Source: Endomicrobiales bacterium (GTDB taxonomy: Bacteria; Elusimicrobiota; Endomicrobiia; Endomicrobiales; CAWCFT01). Taken from it: a stretch of 64,000 bases of DNA. A program made the translations under genes and the position numbers. The notes beneath the pieces are model-generated. The model was not told the DNA's origin, ran no database searches, and saw only the letters and a list, made by a program, of their open reading frames with translations. Below, piece by piece: positions 52,829-63,998 of this stretch (the first letter of the stretch is position 1; the number at the start of each line of letters is the position of its first letter). Where the stretch lies: positions 98,474-162,473 of the forward strand of contig CAWCFT010000011.1 of the NCBI GenBank assembly GCA_963794945.1, read 5' to 3'.

Positions 52829-55800
52829 ATGCTTGAACTTGGAATAAGGAGACCAATAACCACCATCATGCTCGTTCTGAGCATTGCCTTATTCTCCGTA
52901 GTCAGCTTCTTCAGGATACCTGTCGAACTTTACCCCGCCACAGAATCAGGTGAGATAAGCGTAATAACAAGATTGCGCGGTGGTATTGCCGCAAGCGAAG
53001 TAGAGAAGTATGTTACGCGCCCGCTTGAAGAAGCCTTTTCAGAGATCAACGGCCTGAAAGAACTCATGTCAGCATCACGCGAATCTGAATCAATGGTAGT
53101 TCTCAGGTTCCACCACGGCGTAGACATGAACTTCATTGTGATCGATATAAGAGAAAAACTCGCGATGGTCCGCCACCTGCTGCCGAAAGAAGTTGAAAAA
53201 CCTATCATAGCCAAATTCCAACAGTCAGATGCCCCAATCATAATTATTTCCCTTAGTTCAGATGTCAATACCCCCGAACAGCTGCGTGCGATCGCTGAAG
53301 ACAAGATCAAGGAAAAGCTCCTGAGGATCACGGGGGTCGCCAACATAGACATAGGCGGCGGAAGGGAGCGAAAGTTCTTTATTGAAGTTGATAATTCAAA
53401 GCTAGCGGCCTACAAACTACCCATTCTCTCCGTTGTAGAAAAAATCAACCTTGCGAACATATCCATCTCTGCCGGAGAAATTGAAGAGAAAAATGATAAG
53501 TATATTATAAGAGTAACAGGTGAGTATGACAATATCAGCGAGATCGAGAACACAGGTATCGCCATTACACAATCAGGTTCAGTCATCAGATTAAAAGATA
53601 TTTCCACCGTAAAGGATTCTTTTAACGATCAATCCTCATTCGCAAGGCTGAACATAAGGCCTGTGGTATCGTTATATATCCAGAAAGAATCAACTGCGAA
53701 CACGATAACCGTGGCCAGTGAAGTAGAAAAAATGCTTAAAACTATAAGAGCCACAAGCGGAGAGAATATCGTTATAACGGTGGTAAAGAACGACGCTGAA
53801 TACATAGAAAAGGCTATTTATTCTTTAGTCGAAGCACTTGTTGTAGGCGCTATCCTTCTTTGCGTCATACTTTTCATATTCATAAGGAACACAAGAAGCA
53901 TCTCGATAATTATCACTACATTGCCCTTGAGCCTTCTTATATCTATCATGCTTGTATATTTTTCAAAGCTCACTTTCAACGTCATGACACTTTCTGGCCT
54001 TGCCATGGGGATCAGCAATGTCATGGACAACGCCATAGTTGTCATGGAAAACATCTCATATCACTACTCGCGAAAAACATTCAAGGATAAAGCTACGATG
54101 ATCATTGAGGGCACACGTGAGCTGGTCCTGCCTATCATAGCATCAACACTGACAACAGTAATAGTATTTCTTCCGCTTATTTTCCTTGACCCCGAAATAA
54201 GGCAGATGTATATACCCTTTGCGTTGACCATAACCTTCGCACTTATCGCGTCCCTTATAAGTACACTTGTTTTTGTGCCCCCGCAGGTTTATAAATTCCA
54301 AACGAATTTTCGGTCTCGATTTTCAGCACTGGTACTTAAGGGTGCGGCATTATTACAGGAATATGCTCAAGTTCTCGTTTAAATATCAGAAAATGGTATG
54401 GGTGTTCGTGGCGGCGCTTTTTGTTTGTTCGATATTTATTCTTTCGAAGAGAGAGAGCGAGTTCATGGACCCCGGAGACCAGAATGTTTTTCGCGTTGGC
54501 ATACAGTTCCCTCCAGCCACAAGAATTGAGCATTCGGATGAGATAGTCAAAAAAATCGAAAAAGCGCTAATGTCCTACCCAACAGTCGAAAGAGTCTCGT
54601 CCAAAGTCGAAAAGCTTCACACATTCATCGAAGTAAAAGTTGATAAAGACGCCGAAAGATTTAAAAATATTTTTAGGAAAAGATTTAACGAGTTTGCGCC
54701 GGCTTTTGTTTACTTCCAGGAAGCACAAAGCACCGGCGCCAGCGAGATATTTATAGATTTCTTTGGTGTCGATTACGGTATACTCAAACAACTGGCTTTT
54801 GCGTCATCCGGCCGGCTTTCGCAGGTCAAAGGCCTCACGGATATAAAGATAAGAATGAGAGAAGATGAGCCAGAAATGCACATTTTCGTTGACCCTAACA
54901 AACTTGCCATGTTCGGGCTGACCACGAATTACCTCGGCAACACCCTGCACTGTATGCTCAGAGGATTAATCGCAACGCAATACCGCACAGAAGGAAAACA
55001 AATAGAGACCATTTGCCGTATCATGCCCGGCACGGTCTCTTCCGTGAAGGAACTGCCGTTTTTATCGATCTTATCTCCCTCAGGAGAGATCCTGCACCTT
55101 AATCAGATCGGCGAAATAAGAGAAGTAAAATCAAACCAGGAGATTTGGCACAAGAATAAAAAACGTTTTATTCAGATAAGCGCTAACCGTGTAAAACTGG
55201 GTCTTGATAAAGCGGCGGAAAAGATCACTAAAACGCTAAAGACGATAGCTTTCCCTAAGAATTATTCATTCAGCATTTCCGGAGATTATGAAAAATCCGT
55301 TCAAAACAGAAAACAATTTTCACTGGCTATAAGCATGACCGTGATCCTCATTTATCTGGTGCTCGCTTCACTTTTTGAATCATATTCACAACCGCTCCTC
55401 ATAATGTTCGCCCTGCCTTTAAGCATCATGGGTGTAGCGATCTCTCTGTGGATGTTCAATAAACCGATCAGCCTCGGCGTTTGGATAGGAACGATGATAC
55501 TCTTCGGTTCCGTGGTTTACAGCTCGATAATCCTTGTAGAGAAGATCAACACCAGGCGCGTAGGCAGGAAAAACCTGCTCCGCGCCATATTCGAATCCTG
55601 CTGTGAAAGGCTCAGGCCTGAGCTTATAACTCTTTTAATGAAAACTCTGGGCCTTTTACCCATGGTCTTAAGCCGAGATGAAGCTGCGTCAATGTGGCGT
55701 TCGCTTGGAATGACCATACTTTTTGGTACTATCACCGGCACATTGCTGACCCTTTTAATAGTGCCTGTAGCGTACTACAGCATGGATAAAGTATCAAACC

Positions 55801-55889
55801 TCATAATTAACACTTTTCATAAATTGATCGGGCGCAGGAAGAATACCGAAGTTAGCGCAGCTCCGGCGTTGGAAACTCTTATAAAATAA
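52829..55889 (+). CDS. RND permease subunit 1 (AcrB/SwrC-like); frameshift near 54308
   Basis: RRPITT, PVELYP, VTRPLEEA, MDNAIVVMENI, LASLFES, RLRP. Confidence 0.9.
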
Positions 55890-55905
55890 GGAATAAGGAT
55901 AGATC

Positions 55906-58900
55906 ATGAACCTATTACGCCTGCCGGTTGAAAGGCCGGTCACGACCATCATGTTATTCGTCGGGATAGCGCTGTTCGGCATAATATCCTGGTCACGGAT
56001 CCCCCAGGAACTTTTCCCCTCCATGGAATTCCCGCAGATAACCATTGTTACTAAATACGAAGGCGCGGGCCCCGAGGAAGCCGAAAAACTTATAAGCAAG
56101 GTTGTCGAGGAAGCGGCCGGAACGGTGAAGAATATCAAAAAAGTTTCTTCTGTGTCAAAAGAAGGAACATCAATTGTAAGCTGCGAGTTCCGCTGGGGAA
56201 CAAATATGAATTTCGCGGCAATGGAAGTCCGCGAAAAGATCGACCTTATTAAAGAATCCCTCCCGAAAGACTCCCGCGACCCCATAGTCCTTAAATATAA
56301 CCCCATGCAGGTCGAGGCGATGATATTGTCGATCAATTATATTAACGACGAATCCGACCCATGGAAGATGGCAGAACTGAGGCAGTTTTGCAAGAAGAAC
56401 CTAAAAGACGAGCTCGAGAGGCTTGACGGCGTGGCAAAAGTCGAGATCCGCGGCGGCGAGCAAAAAGAGATACTTGTAGAAATCGACAAAGGCAGGCTGC
56501 TTGCTAACCAGGTATCCATTACAGAAGTCATATCGTCCCTCAAGGACGCTAATATCACGTATCCCGCTGGGACAATAAAAGAAGAAAACTCAGAGTTCCT
56601 TGTTAAAACCGTTGGAGAATTTAAGACTATTGCCGATATTTCCGCACTTTCTTTCGGCAAGAATGACCAGGGCCAATCACAGCAGCGCAGATCTACCCGG
56701 CGAGTAAGAGGAGATACAGGCCCTAAGGAAACAAAGATCGTTTTCATTCGCGACATTGCAGATGTAAAGGAATCACTAAAGGACAGGACCGGTTACTCCA
56801 GGTACAACAGGAAAGAAAATATTTCTCTTGGCATCTATCCTCAGTCAGGCTCCAACCTTATCAAGCTGTCGGAAGGTGTCAAAGATAAGCTTAAAGAGAT
56901 CAAAGACCGTGTGCCTCAAAATGTGGAAGTCAAAGTCATATATGACCAGTCTGAATTCGTAAAGGCTTCCATCGATGATATTTATCGCAACGCCATCGAA
57001 GGCGGTATACTCTCAATAATAATCCTCCTGATATTCATGAAAAGTTTTTCCGCGTCGGTCATTATAAACATGGCCATCCCTCTGACCACTTTTGTGACGT
57101 TGATATTGATGTATTTTTGCGACATCTCCATAAACACTATGTCCCTGGGCGGCATTGTCATAGGGTTCGGCATGGTGGTTGACAACGCGAACGTCGTAAT
57201 GGAATCTATTATAGTCAATTTCCACAAAGACCCGACGCGCGATAAAAAAGAAATAATATTCGAATCAATCCAGGAGCTGGTCCCCACCGTCTTAAGCTCT
57301 ACCATCACAACGATAGCTATATTTATACCGTTCATATTTATCACGGGTATGGCTGGTCAGCTTTTTAAACAGCTTGCCCTCACTATCAGCTTCGGCATGG
57401 TCGCATCGATCTTCGTAGCCATATTTTTTGTCCCCACTCTTCTTTTGAAGATGGACCTCTCCAAATTCAGCGTGGATTTCGGTAGAGGCTTTGCTGACCA
57501 GTATTTCGTTCCTCTTTTAAGAAAGATCCTTACCTGGCGTTGGAAAAAGCTGTTTATCGTGCTCGGCACTTATACCGCGCTTGCCCTTGTTTGTTTTATA
57601 TTCATCCCCAAAGAATTCATGCCTAAAGCTGATGAACGGCGTTTCATTCTCAACATCACCATGCCGCCTGAGACACCGCTTGATATGACCAATAGTTTTA
57701 CGAAACGCGTTGAAGCCTTCTTGTCGCAGTATCCCGAGATCAAAGACCTTTCGACAAGCGTAGGCTCGTCCACCGGAGACCAGGAAGGTTCGGCAGCCAT
57801 AGAATCGCTAGGCGGATATCAGTCGCGCATCATAGCTAACCTGACCGAGAAAGGCCTGCCTACAGAACAAATAGTGACTGAGGCCAGCGATGAGATTAAA
57901 AAATGGGGAGCCCAGGGAGTGGAGACTGAATTCATAACCCAGCAGGGCTTGTTCGGCACCTCTATTGGCGCTTCCGGCGGTTTGACAGTTGAAGTAAAGG
58001 GCAAAGACCTGGACAAACTAAAGACCCAGATCCGAAGAAATAAAGAAATTGCTTACTACTATGCCTGAATTCTACGGCATCAAGATAAACCCGTCGGATC
58101 TCGTACCGCAGATGAAACTCCAAATAGACCGCGAACGAGCTTCGCTTTTCGGGTTATCGACACAAGACATTTCAGCCATGACACTGGCAGCCATTAAAGG
58201 ATACGTCGCGACCAAACTTAAGACAAAAGATGACGAATTCGATATCAGGGTTCGTATGCGTGAGCAGGACCGCGACAGCCTGGAAAAAGTGACTGAAATG
58301 ACGGCCTATTCTCCATGGGGCTTAACTATACAGCTGAAACAGATAAGCACCCCGGTTTTTGTTAAGGCCCAACCTGAGATCAAACGGTCTGAAGGCGAGA
58401 GGGTTTATTTTGTCACCTCCAACATCAAAGGAAGTTTCGACAACGCCGTGCAAAAGCTCACTGAAGTTTTGAATAGTATGCCTAAAAAGGACGATGTTAC
58501 CACCAACATAACCGGTGAAATGCTCGCTATCAAGGAATCCATGCAGTCGTCGGTATTCGCGATGATACTCGGTGCTCTCATTATCTACATGATATTGGCA
58601 TCCGAATTCGAATCGCTTGACCAGCCCCTTATAGTAATGTTCGCTGTGCCGCTGGGCGTCCTGGGAGCTATCTACACACTATTCTTTACCTTTCAATCCA
58701 TCAATTCCATTTCTATGTTGGGCATGATAATGCTCACCGGGCACGCGGTAAGTATATCCATATTCCTGGTTGACAGGTACAACTTTATGATTGAGCACTT
58801 CCCTGAAATGCCCATGGTAGATATTATAATTGAAGCGACAACTTACAGGCTTCGCCCTGTGCTTATGACCACTATGACTACCATTATTGACCTTATGCCT

Positions 58901-59194
58901 CTCGCGCTGGGCCTTGGTAAACACGGCTCGGGCGCCACTCAGCCGATGGCTATAACGGTTATAGGCGGCCTTTCTTTCGCTCTTGTCCTGTCCTTACTGT
59001 TTGTCCCGCTCATTTACAGGCTTACTTACCATAAGTCTCCAGTCAAAGGGCTTGAACCTGCTGTTGACGAACCTCAAACCGTTATTGTTGTTACCCCACC
59101 GATCGTGACCCCAAAACCAGTTCCAGTAATGGAAAAGGCTACAGTTATTGAGCCGCCTCCGCCCAAAAAACCGCCAACCCAAAGAGCGTTTTAA
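55906..59194 (+). CDS. RND permease subunit 2 with Pro-rich tail; frameshift near 58030
   Basis: ERPVTT, PQELFP, GMVVDNA, LASEFES, RLRPVLMT, QPMAITVIGG. Confidence 0.9.
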
Positions 59195-59221
59195 GACCTT
59201 TATTTTTCTTGCATTTAGTTC

Positions 59222-59256
59222 AAAAAAAAGAAGCCTCATAATTCGGGGCTTCTTTC
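59222..59256. terminator. Bidirectional intrinsic terminator
   Basis: A run, AAGAAGCCTC-ATAATTC-GGGGCTTCTTT, between convergent operons. Confidence 0.7.
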
Positions 59257-59279
59257 TAAAATAATTATTTTTTGGTGCT

Positions 59280-60083
59280 TTAATTCAGTTTTACAGCGGG
59301 TTTTGCGGCCACATCTATCAATATGCTCTGGTTATTGCTGTCCGTCAACCTTATCCTCTTAGGCCCCCATCCGGAGTATTTCTTAGTTATCTTCAATGCC
59401 TGGCTGGAAACTATATTCTCAAAAAAAGGCAGAACCGGCTTTGAAATACCATTAGATATATAGATAACAAGTTCGTCTTCCTGGAAATCTACGTACTTTA
59501 GCTGGCTGTTCCCCAGCATAACCGCCAAAAACGGGTTTGAGCGGCTTAGCATGTTTATCTGCGAGATTATAAGCCTTCCCACAAACTCCTTCATGCTTAT
59601 CTCGTCGCTTTTCTTCACTGTCTGCGGCGCTGTGTTGTCGCCTGCCTCATTCGGCTCTATCTCGAGGACAAGCCTGTCCTCGTAATCAGCCTTGGATATC
59701 TTCTGGTAAAGGAAGGCCTTTATATCGTCAAGTTTCTCAATGATCCTTAAATGAAGCTTAAATGTCGGCTCGCTCACCACAAGCACCATGAACTTGATGT
59801 TCGCGTCGCTTGAGAGAGAGACCCTGGTTATGACCAGCGCCGCGCCCTGTACTTTTTTGAGCATATCCGCCAGTATTTTTTGTTCCGTGGATACCAGGCC
59901 TTCGAGGTTGACTTCAAGGTAGAGCGTCTCGCCTTCCAGCTTCGCGCGCCCGTCGAGGTTATATTCCTTTTTGATGAGCTTCTGAACCGATTCAGCTATA
60001 GTCGACTTATTATATGTCGCCTTGCAGCCCATGGGAACCATGCTGAATAATATTAGTGCCGCAATAAGATAGTTCTTTAACAA
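59280..60083 (-). CDS. Hypothetical lipoprotein
   Basis: TTG start after GGAAGAGG; signal peptide with VPMG-C lipobox-like site; no recognised domain. Confidence 0.7.
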   Translation of the reverse strand: MLKNYLIAALILFSMVPMGCKATYNKSTIAESVQKLIKKEYNLDGRAKLEGETLYLEVNLEGLVSTEQKILADMLKKVQGAALVITRVSLSSDANIKFMVLVVSEPTFKLHLRIIEKLDDIKAFLYQKISKADYEDRLVLEIEPNEAGDNTAPQTVKKSDEISMKEFVGRLIISQINMLSRSNPFLAVMLGNSQLKYVDFQEDELVIYISNGISKPVLPFFENIVSSQALKITKKYSGWGPKRIRLTDSNNQSILIDVAAKPAVKLN

Positions 60084-60111
60084 ATTATGCCTCTTCCCTA
60101 TCACAATATTT

Positions 60112-60236
60112 ATATCAAACATCAAAAATCAAATGTCAAAGTTATGGTGTCCGCCTCTGGCGGACTTATTTATTCGGTTCGCCTTGTCCTTGTGCGAACA
60201 CATTAATTTTGGTCTTTGATATTTGATTTTTAATCT
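60112..60236. repeat. ATCAAA heptamer inverted-repeat element with nested GC hairpin
   Basis: ATCAAAC ATCAAAA ATCAAAT GTCAAAG ... GTCCGCC-TCT-GGCGGAC ... CTTTGAT ATTTGAT TTTTAAT; same family as the IS200 flanks. Confidence 0.75.
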
Positions 60237-60237
60237 A

Positions 60238-61820
60238 TCAGTTCTTCAAAATTCCGTCTATCGAATCGTAGTCCAGCTCTTGCTTCTCAATAAGTTCACC
60301 GGCAAGTTTTTCAACCTTATGCCAATTTTCATGTAGGAACCTGTCAACCGAATTCAGGCAGTCGCTCAAGATCACCATTGTTTCGTTATTCAATTTTTCC
60401 TTAAGGCTGTTGGATATCTCATTATCCGGGATCGAGTTAAATGCGCCTATTGCCGTGGCCCCCATACCGAACTCCCAAACCATCGAGTGGGCTATCTTAG
60501 TTGCTTTTTGGAAATCAGAGGAGACGCCTGTTGATGTGGTACCGTACTTTATTCTCTCCGCAGCATAACCGGCTAACGATACCTTGATATCCGCTAAAAG
60601 CTTTTCGCGGTTGTGCGTATGAAGCTCCTGCTTGGGGTGGTGGGTAACCATGCCCAACGCCGGCCCGCGGGATTTGAGCGACGCCTTGAACACATCATCG
60701 GTGGGATGAATAAAATACAGTGCCGTCGCGTGGCCTGCCTCATGGTACGCGGTTTGCTCCTTCTCCTCCGGAGTCATCAAAATGTGTGTTTCCAAGCCCA
60801 GATCGATCCTGTCCATGGCTTCTGAAAGGTCTTCCAGGTTTATAAATTCTTTTTTCTTACGGTCGCTATAAGCGCAGCTTCCTTAATTATATTTTGGATA
60901 TCGGCCGGAGATTTATAAACCGTTTTTTTGGCGAGGCGGCTGATGTCGAGCTTATCGTCGAATTTAACTTTCTTCAGGTAATATTTAAAGAGCTCTTCCC
61001 GTTCAGGCAGGTTGGGGTAGCTTATATATATCTTCCTGTCGAACCTTCCTGGCCTGAGCAGCGCCTTATCAAGCACATCTTCGGAAGCGTTTGTCGCGCC
61101 GATTACAATTATGTTGTGTTTTCCGCTCTCAAGGCCGTCCATCTCAACAAGTATCTGGTTCTGGGTAGAGTTCGTTTCTTCACCTCCACCCATAAACGAG
61201 AATGTCCTTCCGCGCCCCACCACTTCAAGCTCGTCTATAAATACTATGCACGCGCCTTCAGCGTAAGCGTACTCGCGGGCCTTTTTGAAAAGCTTTCTAA
61301 CTCTTGAAGCGCCCACACCCACGAATATCTCAACGAACTCACTTCCGGAAATTGACATAAAAGGGATGTTCGATTCGGTGGCTATAGCCCTCGCAAGCAG
61401 TGTCTTTCCGCACCCCGGGGGACCTATCAAAAGCAGGCCTTTTATTATCTTTCCGCCTATCTTCTTTACCTGTGCCCTGTCTTTAAGCAACTGAACAACT
61501 TCCATAGCCTCTTTTTTCGCGCCTTCAAGGCCTATGACATCTTTGAATCTGACTTTATTGATGCCCGATTCAATATCTATTTTGCCTTTTTTGAGCCCGC
61601 CGAAACCTCCGCGGAAAACCGACATATAAAGATAAACGAATATCGCCGCGTTAAGCCCGGTAAGCAGAAGCTGGAGCGGTATCTGGGCAATGGTCAGGTT
61701 TCGGTAAAATGATTCAAGGGTGCTTAACCCGTATATCGTAAGCCCGACAAGAGCTATGCAGACAATTATAATAAGGAACTTAACCCAGTGGTTTCTGAAG
61801 AATACTCTAAGTTTTCGCAC
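60238..61820 (-). CDS. Short FtsH-like AAA+/M41 metalloprotease; frameshift near 60850
   Basis: Two closely spaced TMs, [13 protein letters not shown] pore loop, [23 protein letters not shown] third Zn ligand. Confidence 0.88.
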
Positions 61821-61968
61821 TATTTTTCTCCTTTGATTAAATCAATACCGAAATCCGTCATGCCATAGGCAGATCCACCTCCGGCGAAAATCTCGAAACA
61901 CTAAACAAATTACAATGATAAATATCTCAATTTTATGAACAAAATTAGTTGAAAAACCCTTTTTTATG

Positions 61969-62065
61969 TGTCATTGCGAGGAGTCCCGCTTTGCGGGACG
62001 ACGCGGGCAATCTTGTTGTTTCATCAGAAAATAGGATTGCTGCACCCTTCGGGTTCGCAAAGACG
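61969..62065. repeat. GTCAT-type palindromic REP/MITE element
   Basis: GTCATTGCGAG...GGCAATCT...GGATTGC...TTCGCAAAGAC with internal hairpin GTCCCGC-TTT-GCGGGAC. Confidence 0.7.
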
Positions 62066-62119
62066 ACACGTTACCCGTGCGCGCTCTTATCCGGCATATT
62101 ATACATATTTTTGAAGGAT

Positions 62120-62568
62120 TTAAAACGGCCTATCGGTAAACTCTTTTACTGGCAGCGTTTTGAGGTGCATGTCAACAACGATGCTGAGTTTGTGCCTTAG
62201 CTCTGACCTTTCAAGAGGTTTTATAATGCTCATATAAGCGCCGCGCGGAGCGCATCGACTATCTTGTCGATATCCGGCGACATAACGATGATCTTGTTAT
62301 AATAACGGTCACCGTAGCCCGATATTGCCTCCTTGATGAGGTCAACGCAGGAAATACCGTTGCTCGAACTAAGTTCGACATTTCCCAATATAGCACAATA
62401 TTCTTCATTTTTCAACATGTTCATTGCCCCCTCAACGTCGGAGGTGCTGTGAACCACTTCGATTGTTGAAATATCCTTGAGGATGCTTGTCACAACGTCA
62501 ATTACTTCCGTGTCATTGTCGATAACCAGGATCTTCTTAGTGTTGTCCATTATTTGTTTTTGAGTCAT
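62120..62568 (-). CDS. Atypical receiver-domain protein; frameshift near 62243
   Basis: KKILVIDND, phospho-site position reads ILGN; the shifted frame gives GAYMSIIKPL...TDRPF-stop. Confidence 0.7.
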
Positions 62569-62620
62569 GGCCCGCCCCCCGTACTAACTTGAGACCGTTG
62601 AAAAAGTCCTCAACGGTCTT

Positions 62621-62705
62621 GATTACAGTGATTATGTAACAGCGATTACAGCGATTAAAAGCTTTAAATCACCGTAATCTTTGTTTTTTATCACTGTAAT
62701 CAGAG
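62621..62705. repeat. GATTACAG 9-mer inverted-repeat element
   Basis: GATTACAGTGATT...ACAGCGATTACAGCGATT ... AATCACCGTAATC...ATCACTGTAATC. Confidence 0.7.
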
Positions 62706-62851
62706 ATTATTGGGGTTTTTCGATAATCTCAACTTGTAATATCAGGCTATGCCGCAACTCCTTTCACTCTTTTGAGTGGCTTACAATTGCATTGATCCCC
62801 ATGGACAAGCCCCATGGTACTAAAACTGGCGAGCAAAAAACTATGTCTTAT

Positions 62852-62984
62852 TTCCTTCTACCCCCTTGCAGGAGAAGTCTCCAGAGGCGCCTCACCTCTG
62901 GTGAGGCCGAGATGAGGGGCAAGTAAGAATTATATCGTATTAAAGCTCACCTCACCCTAACCCTCTCCCATTAAGGGCGAGGAA
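62852..62984. repeat. Second CCCTCACC/CTCTCCC element, with an inserted hairpin
   Basis: CCTCACCCTAACCCTCTCCCATTAAGGGCGAGG; homologous to the reverse complement of 38827-38929 plus an insert containing GCCTCACC-TCT-GGTGAGGC. Confidence 0.7.
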
Positions 62985-63004
62985 AAAAGTAGTACCTTCC
63001 TGTA

Positions 63005-63743
63005 TTATCCGGCTGAGGCAATGCCCATCGTATTCTGCTCGATATTCATTATTTGTTCGAATTGCTCTTCCCCGTTGATCTTCTTTAATTTTCTTTCAGC
63101 AAGAAGATTGAACAATCTGAACAGCTCTGTTATCTCCCATACCTGCGATTCGTCTTTGGCGTCAAACGCGACCAACGGCATTATCCCGCCATTCTTAAGT
63201 ATCCCGCCTATAACTGGATTAATGGCTTCACGGATGGCGTTTGATACGGTTTCAGCGCTTCCGCCGGATAATTCAAGCTCTCTGGCTTTTGCTATGGCCT
63301 TGAGCGTATCGTTAGTCAGCTCCGGCATGGTGGCTGACTTCTTAAGCGCTTCGCGCGGGTTAATCGGATAGAGATCTATAAGCGCAAGCAGTACCATAAA
63401 CTTGTTGATATCCTTCGACTTCTCGTCCGGTATATCGATAGAGCCGTCTTCGGCGTAGCGCTGAGCGACAAGCTTTTGGTTTATTTCCCTTTACGAAACC
63501 GAACAGCTGGCCAAGATTGCCCGCGCGTTCGCTATCGTCCGTTGAATTATTTATCTTTCTTTCCAGCTCGGCTATGTAGCTCCAGCCGGCCTGCCAGTTT
63601 TCCTCCGACATCGACTTTTCAGAGCTCATCATTGCCCGCGCCAATGTAAAGTATGCGCCAACTTTTTAGCACGCGATCTTTGCCGGAGATTGTTGCCCTG
63701 CTTCAAGCCTGCGTAATCTATCATAAGCCCCGTTATCGCGGCC
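63005..63743 (-). CDS. C-terminal portion of an unknown helical protein, multiply frameshifted and lacking its N-terminus
   Basis: Consecutive overlapping minus-strand ORFs (63005-63397, 63360-63644, part of 63629-63916) with host-like composition; no convincing start; ends TMGIASAG. Confidence 0.5.
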
Positions 63744-63998
63744 TTAGCTTGCTGGCCGCGCCGTCGTTTTGGCGCAGAAGGCGTCGAAGGCGCGCAGGAG
63801 CTCGCCGGCGATGTCTTGCGCCGTGGATTGCTCGATGACGGCGCGCGGCATGAAGTAAACCAGCTTGCCGTCACGCAGGATGGCGACCGAGGGCGAACTG
63901 GGCGGATGGCCCTCAATATAGCTTCGGGCGCGCTCCGTGGCCTCGTGGTCCTGGCCGGCGAAGACGGTGATCTTGTGATCGGGCTGGTTGTGGTGGTT
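63744..63998 (-). CDS. BrxA/BrxB family bacilliredoxin, C-terminal part (start outside window)
   Basis: Manual translation: ...PDHKITVFAGQDHEATERARSYIEGHPPSSPSVAILRDGKLVYFMPR...AFDAFCAKTTARPAS-stop; much more GC-rich than the rest of the window. Confidence 0.85.
   Translation of the reverse strand, partial: NHHNQPDHKITVFAGQDHEATERARSYIEGHPPSSPSVAILRDGKLVYFMPRAVIEQSTAQDIAGELLRAFDAFCAKTTARPAS

Noticed and set aside
21210..62705. Periodic repeats as CRISPR arrays
   Set aside because: Units are 7-9 nt with no unique spacers, and no cas genes are present.
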